DNA of 64,000 nucleotides from the NCBI GenBank assembly GCA_016183265.1, contig JACPEX010000019.1, forward strand, positions 15,441 to 79,440. Direction: 5' to 3'. A program made the translations under genes and the position numbers. The stretch comes from Candidatus Daviesbacteria bacterium. Its GTDB lineage: Bacteria > Patescibacteriota > Microgenomatia > Daviesbacterales > UBA10151. Below are positions 46,364 through 55,351 of this stretch, in pieces. Below the pieces are notes generated by a model. It saw nothing but the letters and a program-made list of their open reading frames with translations. It was not told the origin of the DNA and did not search any database. Each line of letters opens with the position of its first letter. Within the stretch, counting starts at the first letter, position 1.

Positions 46364-47020
46364 ATGGCGCAAATTATCCCGGCAATACTGGCAACTAAAG
46401 AGGAGGATTATAGAAGAGACATCGGCCGCATAGAGCGTTCCTTGTTATTCAAGGAAGGTTGGGTACATATTGACCTCATGGATAATTTATTTGTTCAAAA
46501 CAAGAGTATCAAGCCGTCAGCAATAGCTAATAATCATACAGCTCTATATAAAGAAGCGCATCTGATGGTTAGTCACCCTTTAGAGTGGATCGATGATTTG
46601 ATTAGCGCTGGTTTTAAGAGGATAATTTTTCATTTAGAAGCGCAAGACGTTGTTATAAATGTAATAAATCAGATAAAAAATCAGGGGTTAGAGGTAGGAT
46701 TGGCCATTAAAAACGATACATCTTTAGAAAAATTACAGCCATTTTTGGAAAAGCTGGATGTAGTGTTGCTGATGGGAGTAGTGCCGGGCTTTCAGGGACA
46801 AAAGTTTATTCCGGAAACTATTAATAGAATTAAAGAAGTTGTTAATTTACGCTCGCAAGGCAATTATAATTTTAAAATTGGGGTAGACGGGGCGGCAAAA
46901 GATGATAATATAAAAGGCATTGTGGAAGCAGGAGCAGATTTTGTGGCAGTTGGCTCTTTTCTTTTAAAAGGTGATATTGATGAAAATTTGGAAGCGCTCT
47001 GGGAGGCAATAAATGGATAA
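46364..47020 (+). CDS. rpe: Ribulose-phosphate 3-epimerase
   Basis: IIPAILA...HIDLMDN..., ...MGV.PGF.GQKF. TIM-barrel RPE. Confidence 0.85.
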   Translation: MAQIIPAILATKEEDYRRDIGRIERSLLFKEGWVHIDLMDNLFVQNKSIKPSAIANNHTALYKEAHLMVSHPLEWIDDLISAGFKRIIFHLEAQDVVINVINQIKNQGLEVGLAIKNDTSLEKLQPFLEKLDVVLLMGVVPGFQGQKFIPETINRIKEVVNLRSQGNYNFKIGVDGAAKDDNIKGIVEAGADFVAVGSFLLKGDIDENLEALWEAING

Positions 47021-47636
47021 TTTTAAAGTTAAATCTATTGACCAGGTGGCAATTTTTGGGTCTTCTCATATTAATGAAAAAAATGCCTTATTTGAGGAGG
47101 CTTTAGAAGTTTGCAAAAAAATGGCTGAGGCAGGATATACCATAGTTAACGGCGGCGGGCCGGGGGTAATGAGGGCAGCCAGTTTAGGAGCCAAGGCCGG
47201 CGGAGGCAAAGTGATCGGGGTAACTTTCCAAGCAGATAGTCGGATGCATTTTGAAGGAAAAGATCCTCTTAATAAAATGGATATAGAAATAAAAACAAAA
47301 AATTATGTGGAAAGAACTTTGATGCTACTTAAAGAAGGTCAGGTTTATGTAATTTTTAATGGCGGCACCGGCACAATTTCCGAGTTTGGTATGGCTTGGG
47401 GGTTGGCTAAGCTTTATTTCGGACATCATAAACCATTAATTTTATACGGCAAGTTTTGGGAGGATATTATCCGGACATTTAAAGATAATATGATTCTGCG
47501 GCCGGAAGAACTTGAGGTCTATAAAATTGTGGATAGCGCAAGCGGCACGCTGCAGGCAATTTTGGATTTTGAGAAAGATTTAAAAACCAAGCGATATTCA
47601 CAAATTAAAGCTGATACCAATCATACATTAGTTTAG
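47013..47636 (+). CDS. LOG-family (TIGR00730) nucleotide phosphoribohydrolase
   Basis: AIFGSS..., VNGGGPGVM, GGTGTISEFGMAW are LOG/'lysine decarboxylase-like' motifs. Confidence 0.8.
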   Translation: MDNFKVKSIDQVAIFGSSHINEKNALFEEALEVCKKMAEAGYTIVNGGGPGVMRAASLGAKAGGGKVIGVTFQADSRMHFEGKDPLNKMDIEIKTKNYVERTLMLLKEGQVYVIFNGGTGTISEFGMAWGLAKLYFGHHKPLILYGKFWEDIIRTFKDNMILRPEELEVYKIVDSASGTLQAILDFEKDLKTKRYSQIKADTNHTLV

Positions 47637-47646
47637 ATCCGTATTT

Positions 47647-48453
47647 ATGTCACTTACAATCAAAGCTAATTTAATACGCCAGCATGTTATCCGGATGCTT
47701 TTAGAGGCTGGTTCCGGGCATACTGCCGGGTCTTTAGGGATGGTGGATATATTTACTGCCCTTTATTTCCATATTTTAAACCATGATCCTAAAAAGCCGG
47801 ACTGGAACCAACGAGATAGATTAATTTTATCCAACGGTCATATTTGCCCGGCTCTTTATGCAGCTATGGCTGAATCAGGTTATTTTCCGGTTTCTGAGCT
47901 TATGACTTTGCGTAAATTAGGCAGCAGATTGCAAGGCCATCCTCACCGGGCTTCTTTGCCCGGAATTGAAAATACTTCAGGGCCTTTGGGTTCTGGCATA
48001 TCCCAGGCTGCTGGTTTGGCTTTAGCCGGTAAAATGGATAAAGCTAAATGGCAAGTCATTTGTTTAACTTCAGACGGCGAACATGATGAAGGGAATACTT
48101 GGGAAGGGGTAATGCTGGCCGGTAAATATAAATTAAATAATTTAGTAGCTTTGATGGATCGAAATAATATTCAAATTGACGGGTTTACCGAGGATGTCAT
48201 GCCACTGAATGACATAAAAGCAAAATATGAAGCATTTAATTGGCACGTTTTGGAAATTGATGGGCATAATATGAATGAAATTATCAAAGCCTTTGACAAG
48301 GCCAGAACAATTTTAGATAAACCAACTATAATTATTGCTAATACGATCCCTGGCAAAGGGGTTAGTTTTATGGAAAATAAATACCAATGGCATGGTAAAG
48401 CGCCAAATCAGGAGGAGGCGGAAAAGGCGTTAGCTGAACTTAAGAGTAAATGA
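47647..48453 (+). CDS. Transketolase, N-terminal (TPP-binding) subunit
   Basis: GSGHTAGSLGMVDI, GHPHR.., TSDGEHDEGNTWEG. Split-tkt arrangement. Confidence 0.9.
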   Translation: MSLTIKANLIRQHVIRMLLEAGSGHTAGSLGMVDIFTALYFHILNHDPKKPDWNQRDRLILSNGHICPALYAAMAESGYFPVSELMTLRKLGSRLQGHPHRASLPGIENTSGPLGSGISQAAGLALAGKMDKAKWQVICLTSDGEHDEGNTWEGVMLAGKYKLNNLVALMDRNNIQIDGFTEDVMPLNDIKAKYEAFNWHVLEIDGHNMNEIIKAFDKARTILDKPTIIIANTIPGKGVSFMENKYQWHGKAPNQEEAEKALAELKSK

Positions 48454-49433
48454 TTAACCCAAAAGCATATTTGAACCCAAAACTGTTTGATCAAGATATT
48501 GATCAAGTAGCATCCAGGAATGGATTTGGTGAAGGTTTGGTTTTAGCAGCAGAAAATAATGAGCAGGTAGTAGGGCTTTGTGCGGATTTGACTGAATCTA
48601 CTAAAATGACAGCTTTTGCCCAACAATTCCCGCATAGGTTTATTCAAGTGGGGGTGGCTGAACAAAGTTTGGTAACAGTGGCAGCCGGTATGGCCTTGGC
48701 AGGGAAAATTCCTTTTGCTGGAGCTTTTGCTACTTTTTCGCCTGGCAGAAATTGGGAACAGATCAGGACTACTATTTGTTATAACGACGTGCCGGTCAAA
48801 GTGATCGGTTCCCATGCCGGTATTTCGGTTGGGTCAGATGGTGCTACTCACCAAGCTTTAGAGGATATTGCTATTATGCGGGCTTTGCCTAATATGATAG
48901 TTATTTCTCCTGTAGATGCAGTTGAGGTTAAAAAAGCGACTATAGCAATGGCCAAATTATCTAAACCTTGTTATATGAGGTTGTCCCGGGACAAAATACC
49001 GGTGGTGACAACTGAAAAAACTCCTTTTGAAATAGGAAGAGCAGAAGTTTTTTATGAAGGTGCGGATGTAGCTGTGATTGCTACCGGATTGATGGTTCAT
49101 CGGGCACTGCAGGCAGCCGAACAGCTAAAATCGCACAATATATCTGTTCGAGTAATAAATTGTCACACTATTAAACCTTTAGATAAAGAGGTAGTAATAA
49201 AAGCGGCTAAAGAATGTAGGGCGATTGTAACAGCAGAAGAGCATCAAATAACTGGGGGGTTAGGTGGGGCAGTGGCTGAAGTTTTATCGCAGAATTTTCC
49301 AGTGCCTTTAAAAATTATTGGAGTAAAAGATAAATTTGGGGAATCCGGTGAAGGAAATCAGTTGCTTGATAAGTTTGGATTGACAAAAGACGCTATAATT
49401 AAAGCTATTAAAGATGTTACTGCGCTTTTGTAA
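48450..49433 (+). CDS. Transketolase, C-terminal (pyrimidine-binding) subunit
   Basis: Pyr and C-terminal domains (GVAEQSLVTVAAGMALAG, SHAGISVGSDGATHQ). Confidence 0.9.
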   Translation: MINPKAYLNPKLFDQDIDQVASRNGFGEGLVLAAENNEQVVGLCADLTESTKMTAFAQQFPHRFIQVGVAEQSLVTVAAGMALAGKIPFAGAFATFSPGRNWEQIRTTICYNDVPVKVIGSHAGISVGSDGATHQALEDIAIMRALPNMIVISPVDAVEVKKATIAMAKLSKPCYMRLSRDKIPVVTTEKTPFEIGRAEVFYEGADVAVIATGLMVHRALQAAEQLKSHNISVRVINCHTIKPLDKEVVIKAAKECRAIVTAEEHQITGGLGGAVAEVLSQNFPVPLKIIGVKDKFGESGEGNQLLDKFGLTKDAIIKAIKDVTALL

Positions 49434-49842
49434 CCGCCTAATTTTTATTTTAAGTTTACTAGGGTTGACTGTATCAGCTTTTTTGTTTTATGAATACAGC
49501 TTAAGCGGCCCGATGAATTGTCCGGTTGGTAACGGTTGCGACATTGTCCGCGCCAGCCCATATTCTAAATTTTTAGGTATCTCCCTGCCTATTTTGGGAA
49601 TTATTTTTTATGCTTTTATGGCCGGGCTCTCAATTTGGCGCACTAAAAATATACAGGATACCAGGTTTACCGGATTACAACTTTTATCTGCATTAGCAGG
49701 TTTTGCTTTCGGAGTTTATTTAACCCTTTTAGAAGCTTTTGTGATTGGGGCTTATTGCTTTTGGTGTGTATTATCATTTATTATCTCAGGTGTAGTTTTA
49801 CTGTTTGCCGTATTCTCTTGGAGAAAAAGACATGAAAACTGA
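49414..49842 (+). CDS. Vitamin K epoxide reductase (VKOR) family protein
   Basis: 4-5 TM protein with loop cysteines (CPVGNGC) and the active-site CFWC. Confidence 0.8.
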   Translation: MLLRFCNRLIFILSLLGLTVSAFLFYEYSLSGPMNCPVGNGCDIVRASPYSKFLGISLPILGIIFYAFMAGLSIWRTKNIQDTRFTGLQLLSALAGFAFGVYLTLLEAFVIGAYCFWCVLSFIISGVVLLFAVFSWRKRHEN

Positions 49843-50476
49843 AACTAAGGTTTTAGGGATAATTTTAATTATTACGATTGCGCTTTTGTTTGGTGGTATT
49901 TTCTTATTGAGCAGGAATAGTTCTGGGTCAGCCGAAGAGAGAGTAGCGCAGATTGATTATACAAAAGGGCAAAAGATCGGCAGTGACAGCGCTAAAGTAA
50001 AATTAGTGGAATTTTCCGATTTTCAGTGTCCGGCCTGCCGTGCTGCTGAACCAGTTTTGCAGAGAATCAGATCTACTTATTCTGATAGAATCCAGCTGAT
50101 TTATCGCCATTTTCCGCTCTATCAACACCAAAATGCCAGGCGGGCAGCCTATTTATCAGAAGCTGCCGGGCAGCAGGGTAAATTTTGGGAAGTGCATGAT
50201 AAGATTTTCGAAACCCAAACCCAGTGGTCTAATTTAGGAAATAATGAGGCTACTGTATTGTTTTTGGATTTGGCTAAACAGTTAGGTTTGGATGAGGATA
50301 AAGTTAAGCAGGAGATTAGCGCAGATACCTTCAAAACCTTAATTGACACGGATATTGCTGAAGGCCGCCGTTTAGGGGTAAATTCGACCCCCACCTTCTT
50401 TTTAAATGGGCGAAAACTTAACTTGCAAAATTTTAACGATTTAGTTACAGTAATTGATGAAGAGCTAAAAAAATGA
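49805..50476 (+). CDS. DsbA-like thioredoxin-fold thiol:disulfide oxidoreductase
   Basis: N-terminal TM, FSDFQCPACR (CxxC), and a thioredoxin-like fold. The likely start is the internal MKTETK at about 49832. Confidence 0.8.
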   Translation: MPYSLGEKDMKTETKVLGIILIITIALLFGGIFLLSRNSSGSAEERVAQIDYTKGQKIGSDSAKVKLVEFSDFQCPACRAAEPVLQRIRSTYSDRIQLIYRHFPLYQHQNARRAAYLSEAAGQQGKFWEVHDKIFETQTQWSNLGNNEATVLFLDLAKQLGLDEDKVKQEISADTFKTLIDTDIAEGRRLGVNSTPTFFLNGRKLNLQNFNDLVTVIDEELKK

Positions 50477-51243
50477 CTGATGTTACACCAATGAATAAAC
50501 TGCTTGATCTTACCGGCAAAGTGGCTATTGTCACAGGCGGTGCCATGGGGATTGGTTTAGGAATAGTCAACAGGTTACAAGAGGCAGGGGCAAAAGTTTA
50601 TAGCGCTGATAAGCAAAGCTTGCCACTTCGTGGTAAAACTACCGGTGTTGATGTGTCTAAAGAAGAAGATGTTAAGAAAATGGTTTCTGAGGCGGTTTCA
50701 AAGTTTGGGGGTATAGATATTTTGGTTAACAATGCCGGCATTTATCCCAGCATCCCTGTTGAGCAGATGACTGTAGCGGATTTTGATAAAGTCATTGCTG
50801 TTAATTTGCGGGGAGTATTCCTTTGCACCAAATATGTATCTGAAGAAATGATTAAACAGGGAAGAGGAGGGAAGATTATTAATATTACCTCGATTGATGC
50901 GCTTCATCCGTCCTCAGTTGGTTTAGCTCACTATGATGCTTCAAAACACGGAGTCTGGGGTTTTACCAAAAATGTGGCTTTGGAGCTGGCCCCCCATAAA
51001 ATTTGGGTCAATGCCATTGCCCCGGGCGCTATTGCCACCCCCGGGGTGGCAGAGATGCAAAAAAATGCACCAGCAGGCGTTGATATGTCTAAAGTGCTGG
51101 AAGGATTTTTGGCCAAAATCCCCATGCACAGGATAGGAGAACCGGATGACATTGGCAAGGTAGCCTTGTTTTTAGCCTCAGACATGTCTTCTTATATGAC
51201 AGGAGCGCAAATTGTGGTAGATGGCGGAGTGTTGCTGTCATAG
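50473..51243 (+). CDS. SDR-family oxidoreductase
   Basis: TGGAMGIG, NNAG, and the YDASKHG catalytic Tyr-Lys. Confidence 0.88.
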   Translation: MTDVTPMNKLLDLTGKVAIVTGGAMGIGLGIVNRLQEAGAKVYSADKQSLPLRGKTTGVDVSKEEDVKKMVSEAVSKFGGIDILVNNAGIYPSIPVEQMTVADFDKVIAVNLRGVFLCTKYVSEEMIKQGRGGKIINITSIDALHPSSVGLAHYDASKHGVWGFTKNVALELAPHKIWVNAIAPGAIATPGVAEMQKNAPAGVDMSKVLEGFLAKIPMHRIGEPDDIGKVALFLASDMSSYMTGAQIVVDGGVLLS

Positions 51244-51262
51244 TTAGAGGAGGTGAGGATTT

Positions 51263-51409
51263 ATGATGAATTGGGGAATGAATGGGGGAGGATATGGCGG
51301 GATGATGAATTATGGTTTTGGTGTTTTGGGGACAATTTTGTGGCTGGTAATTTTAATTGATTTAATTCTTTTGGGTTTTTGGCTTTGGAAGCAGGTAAAC
51401 AAAAAATAA
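51263..51409 (+). CDS. Small Gly-rich membrane peptide (48 aa)
   Basis: Below the track size cut-off. Strong SD (GGAGGTGAGG) 7 nt upstream. MMNWGMNGGGYGGMMNYGFG, then one TM helix, then KQVNKK. Confidence 0.5.
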   Translation: MMNWGMNGGGYGGMMNYGFGVLGTILWLVILIDLILLGFWLWKQVNKK

Positions 51410-51431
51410 TCTGTTGTTATATACTGGATTA

Positions 51432-52415
51432 ATGGCCTTTGATTTAATCTCCATAGGTGATGCCAGGATTGATAATGTAGTTCATCTTCCTAAAGCCCAC
51501 TTAAACTGTACTTTGAATAAAGAAAAATGCGAACTCTGTTTGAGTTACGGGGATAAAATCCCGATAGATGATATTAAAATTTTGCCGGCTGGCAATAATA
51601 ATAATAACGCTATTGGGGCTGTCAGGTTAGGTTTGAAAACCGCCCTATTTGCCAATATTGGCGAGGACGCCAACGGTAAAACCGTTCTTGATCATTTAAA
51701 GAAAGAGGGTGTGGATACCAGGCATATGGTAATTAATAAAGCCGCTACTGAGCAGTCAATTGTGATAAATTTTGAAAGTGAAAGAACTATTTTAGTGTAT
51801 CATTATCCTTGGGACTACAATTTGCCGGATTTGGAAAAAACAAAATGGATTTATTTTAGTTCTGTATCTTATTCATTTCCCAAAACACCTTTAATTTCTC
51901 AAATAGAAAGATATATTGAAAGGACAGGGACAAATTTAGTGTATACACCCGGAACTCACCAGCTAAATTTTGGGGTGAAAAATTTTCCCAAATTGCTTTC
52001 ATTAGTTAAGCTCTTAATCCTAAATCTGGAAGAAGCTAAAAAGGTTTTAGAAATAGACCAGGATAAAAAAACAGATATAAAAAAATTACTTTCTGGTTTA
52101 TCGGATTTGGGGCCAAAATTTGTGATAATCACTGACGGTAAAACAGGTTCTTTTGGATATGATGGGGATAGATTTTATCAGATAGGCATTTTTCCGGCCA
52201 ATTTAGTGGAAATGACCGGGGCAGGGGATGCCTATGCTACTGGCGTGCTGGCCGGGCTGTTTTATGGGCAAGATTTAATGGGGGCAATGCGGTGGGGTGC
52301 AGCTAATGGGGCGGCGGTGGTTGAACAAATCGGCCCCCAGGCAGGTCTCTTAACTTATGATCAAATGCAGGAAAAATTAAAAGAACATTCAAAAATTAAC
52401 GCACAACCACTTTAG
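51432..52415 (+). CDS. PfkB-family carbohydrate kinase (ribokinase-like)
   Basis: MAFDLISIGDA (GG-like N-terminal motif) and the C-terminal MTGAGDAYATGVLAG anion hole. Start set at ATG 51432 rather than the track's TTG at 51414. Confidence 0.85.
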   Translation: MAFDLISIGDARIDNVVHLPKAHLNCTLNKEKCELCLSYGDKIPIDDIKILPAGNNNNNAIGAVRLGLKTALFANIGEDANGKTVLDHLKKEGVDTRHMVINKAATEQSIVINFESERTILVYHYPWDYNLPDLEKTKWIYFSSVSYSFPKTPLISQIERYIERTGTNLVYTPGTHQLNFGVKNFPKLLSLVKLLILNLEEAKKVLEIDQDKKTDIKKLLSGLSDLGPKFVIITDGKTGSFGYDGDRFYQIGIFPANLVEMTGAGDAYATGVLAGLFYGQDLMGAMRWGAANGAAVVEQIGPQAGLLTYDQMQEKLKEHSKINAQPL

Positions 52416-53091
52416 TGCCTGGATTATCTGCTGATGCATGAGCGGTATTTTCTCCGGCAGGCACCACCGGTCCGGCCCATTCGAAAAGCTGGGCGATTGA
52501 AGCAAGCGGTGAGTTAACACATCCATGGCTCATCGGATGGCCGAAATTATTGTGCCAGTAAGCTCCATGAATAGCATAACCCTTGTAAAAAAACATATTA
52601 TTAGGTACATTAGGCAGGCTGTAATAAGTGCCCAGCTCTTTTGAGCCGCCGGTCATCTTTTGATTTCTGGTTTTATGCCAAATGTTAAAAGTTCCTTTCG
52701 GGGTAGGAGCCCACAGGCCGGAAGATATGGGAAATTCCATGAATAATTTATTACCTTCCCAAGCGCGCAGTTTTTGCTCGTCTAAAGATACTTCGATCCA
52801 CTTTTCCGCCCCTGTATCGCTGGTGGTAGCGCCTAAAACAGCTTGGGAATTGGCATAAGCTAGAGATGTTTTAGGATAATCAATCACCTGGCTGTTAAAA
52901 ATAGCCATATCCGCATTTTCTTCAAATTTTCCGTCTGATTTTGCGATCATATCTTCGTCACAGCAGGAAGTAGTCGGATCCCCGGAAATATTCAGTTTAT
53001 AAACAATAGTCCGCCTGACCGACTGGAAATTAAAAGCTACAAAGATAATGACGGCAATTAGCAGTAGTAGAGGTATCAGACGGTGCCACAT
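52396..53091 (-). CDS. L,D-transpeptidase (YkuD domain), membrane-anchored
   Basis: YAIHGAYWHNNFGHPMSHGCVNSP is the L,D-TPase catalytic His/Cys. Confidence 0.85.
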   Translation of the reverse strand: MWHRLIPLLLLIAVIIFVAFNFQSVRRTIVYKLNISGDPTTSCCDEDMIAKSDGKFEENADMAIFNSQVIDYPKTSLAYANSQAVLGATTSDTGAEKWIEVSLDEQKLRAWEGNKLFMEFPISSGLWAPTPKGTFNIWHKTRNQKMTGGSKELGTYYSLPNVPNNMFFYKGYAIHGAYWHNNFGHPMSHGCVNSPLASIAQLFEWAGPVVPAGENTAHASADNPGTKVVVR

Positions 53092-53183
53092 AGAATTTTA
53101 GCGTGCCGTCTTTCACACTATTTTCATTGTCAATCAATTTCTGTATAGACGTCAAGAGGGAGTTTCGGTAAGATATTAAATTC

Positions 53184-54095
53184 ATGAAAAAATTAAGTTT
53201 TTCAGTGGCGGTTTCAGCGCTGATGTTGTTGGTAGTAATTTATACTCTAAAAAATAAACCGCCAATCCAGCTAATTTCTCCACTGTCAAAACAGGCTAAT
53301 GTTTTAGGGATTAGCCAGTGGTTTCCAAAACCAGCTAATATCCAATCAGATGTTCCAGAAATTAGCGCCAAGGCGAGCTTGTTTGTAGAGACCAAATCCG
53401 GGGAAGCGCTTTATTCAAAAAATATTCATGAAAAATTACCGATTGCTTCTTTGGTTAAAGTGATGACGGTTTTGATTGCTTTGGAAAATAAACAAATGAA
53501 TGACACATTTTTAGTGTCTAAGAAAGCAGCCTCGGTTGAACCTGACAAGATGTTTTTGGTTGAAGGGGAAAAATTAAATTTAAAAGAGCTGTTGTACGGC
53601 ATCTTTTTGCTCTCTGCCAATGATGCGGCAGAAGTGTTGGCAGAAGGCACAACAGGCAGCAGGGAGGAATTTATTAAATTAATGAATAATAAAGCCAAGC
53701 AATTAGGTATGAATGATACATATTTTGCCAATCCTACAGGTTTTGATGAGGATATTAATAATTCGTATTCTACAGCTTTTGATTTGGTTATTTTGACAAG
53801 ATATTTGATCCGTCGTTTTCCGCAAGTGGTTGATATTTCCCAGTCAGAACATATATATCTGCCCCAGACAGAAGATCATGACTTTTATGATATGTATTCA
53901 CAGATCAATTTGTTGACTACATATCCCGGGGTGGTTGGGTTTAAAACAGGCTATACCCCGGAGGCAGGACTCACTTTAATTACTTTGGCCAGAAAAGATG
54001 GGTTGGAGATAATAGGGGTTTTGCTGGGTTCAGGGAACAGGAGGGATGAAGCCAGAGAACTTTTAGATTATAGTTTTAATAAATTAGGCAATTAA
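53184..54095 (+). CDS. D-alanyl-D-alanine carboxypeptidase (peptidase S11), second copy
   Basis: ASLVKVMT (SxxK), SAND (SxN) and KTGYT (KTG). Confidence 0.85.
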   Translation: MKKLSFSVAVSALMLLVVIYTLKNKPPIQLISPLSKQANVLGISQWFPKPANIQSDVPEISAKASLFVETKSGEALYSKNIHEKLPIASLVKVMTVLIALENKQMNDTFLVSKKAASVEPDKMFLVEGEKLNLKELLYGIFLLSANDAAEVLAEGTTGSREEFIKLMNNKAKQLGMNDTYFANPTGFDEDINNSYSTAFDLVILTRYLIRRFPQVVDISQSEHIYLPQTEDHDFYDMYSQINLLTTYPGVVGFKTGYTPEAGLTLITLARKDGLEIIGVLLGSGNRRDEARELLDYSFNKLGN

Positions 54096-54460
54096 AAATA
54101 CCTTTCTCCTTTAGATTTTGAGGAGATTTGGTCCACGATATCAATGCCTTGGGCAAAATCTGATAAAAGTTTTTTTCTGGCTTGGGTTAGAGCAACAGCC
54201 ATCCTGTTAATTTTTACTCCTTCCGGGTGGGTAGATGAAACTTTCATTAAAGTTAAAGACATTTGGTCGAGTTGGTGAATCAGATGGCCTAAAGCATCAG
54301 AGAGGGCACCTACTTGGCCTGCTTTATCTAAAGACTGGAAAAAAGGATTTTTAACTAGCCTGGTTACCTGGCCATACTGAACTAACTTTTCAAACCTTTG
54401 CACGGGGGTTAATCCCTTTTCCCATTCTTCAATTTTGTCTTCCAAAGGGTCCAGTTTCAT
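54092..54460 (-). CDS. Hypothetical protein (122 aa)
   Basis: ORF only. Confidence 0.4.
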   Translation of the reverse strand: MKLDPLEDKIEEWEKGLTPVQRFEKLVQYGQVTRLVKNPFFQSLDKAGQVGALSDALGHLIHQLDQMSLTLMKVSSTHPEGVKINRMAVALTQARKKLLSDFAQGIDIVDQISSKSKGERYF

Positions 54461-54525
54461 AAGCGGATTATATACTTGTGTTCTAAATTTTGGAATCCTG
54501 GGGTGGAAGTTTGAAGCTAAGATAG

Positions 54526-55002
54526 CTACACTAGGATTGTTACATTAAATTTATCTATTCGTTTTGAATAAAGTTCTTTAGGAAACCTTAATACAAGTGG
54601 ATCTGTTTCTATTTGTAAGTAATATACTTCTTTCATTTCACGGGCAATTGCAGAGGTTACCCTTCCTATGTGTGTTCTTATGGTCGGGGAAATTTCTCCG
54701 GGTTGTTCGAAAAATACACAACGGGGTTCAGGGGACTCATAGACTAACTTACCATCTTTTATCAATGGGCGCGGTTCTAAAAATCCTGAAAATTTTAGTT
54801 CCATACCTTTTGTTGCCCAAGTAATCTCGTATGGAGTCTGCTCTTCTATGAGTGATAATAATTGATATTGCATGGTTGGCCAAATTTCTGTTCCAGCTAT
54901 TCCGGAATAGAAGGCAAAATTGCGGATTAGTATTCTAGTTGCATGTTTAATATCGTGTGTTTTATATTGAACGACTTCCAGTTCTGCACCACGTAAACTC
55001 AT
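54526..55002 (-). CDS. Hypothetical protein (158 aa)
   Basis: ORF only. Confidence 0.4.
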   Translation of the reverse strand: MSLRGAELEVVQYKTHDIKHATRILIRNFAFYSGIAGTEIWPTMQYQLLSLIEEQTPYEITWATKGMELKFSGFLEPRPLIKDGKLVYESPEPRCVFFEQPGEISPTIRTHIGRVTSAIAREMKEVYYLQIETDPLVLRFPKELYSKRIDKFNVTILV

Positions 55003-55075
55003 AGTGGTATTATATGCAATTTTTGGTCTATGAAAGCAAGTAGAAAAAGGATTCAGATAGTAGTATGCTTAAAAT

Positions 55076-55351
55076 ATGTTTGGATTTAGTTGGAAAAGAT
55101 TTTTGGTTACTTTGGGGATAAGTGTAGGGATATGGGTTATCAGTAATTTTATTCAATTACTTAACTCTAATTATTGGCCAGGAGGTTTTTCCTTGCTGGG
55201 CGGGTCATGCACGGTAACTGGTTATCCTATTGCTCTTTGTTTGTCAGAATACGAGAGAGTAAAGCTGATATTAGTTTACTTCGTTAATATAACGATTTGG
55301 TTTTGGGTGCTACATTTTGTGTGGAACTTTTTTGAAAAGCGTGGCAAGTAA
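55076..55351 (+). CDS. Hypothetical small membrane protein (91 aa)
   Basis: Two predicted TM helices. Overlaps the 3' end of the large minus-strand gene, so the call is uncertain. Confidence 0.3.
   Translation: MFGFSWKRFLVTLGISVGIWVISNFIQLLNSNYWPGGFSLLGGSCTVTGYPIALCLSEYERVKLILVYFVNITIWFWVLHFVWNFFEKRGK

Noticed and set aside
50698-51185. Several 60-85-aa ORFs on both strands inside the SDR oxidoreductase gene
   Set aside because: They are antisense or frame-shifted overlaps within a well-supported SDR CDS. Typical GC-skewed spurious ORFs.
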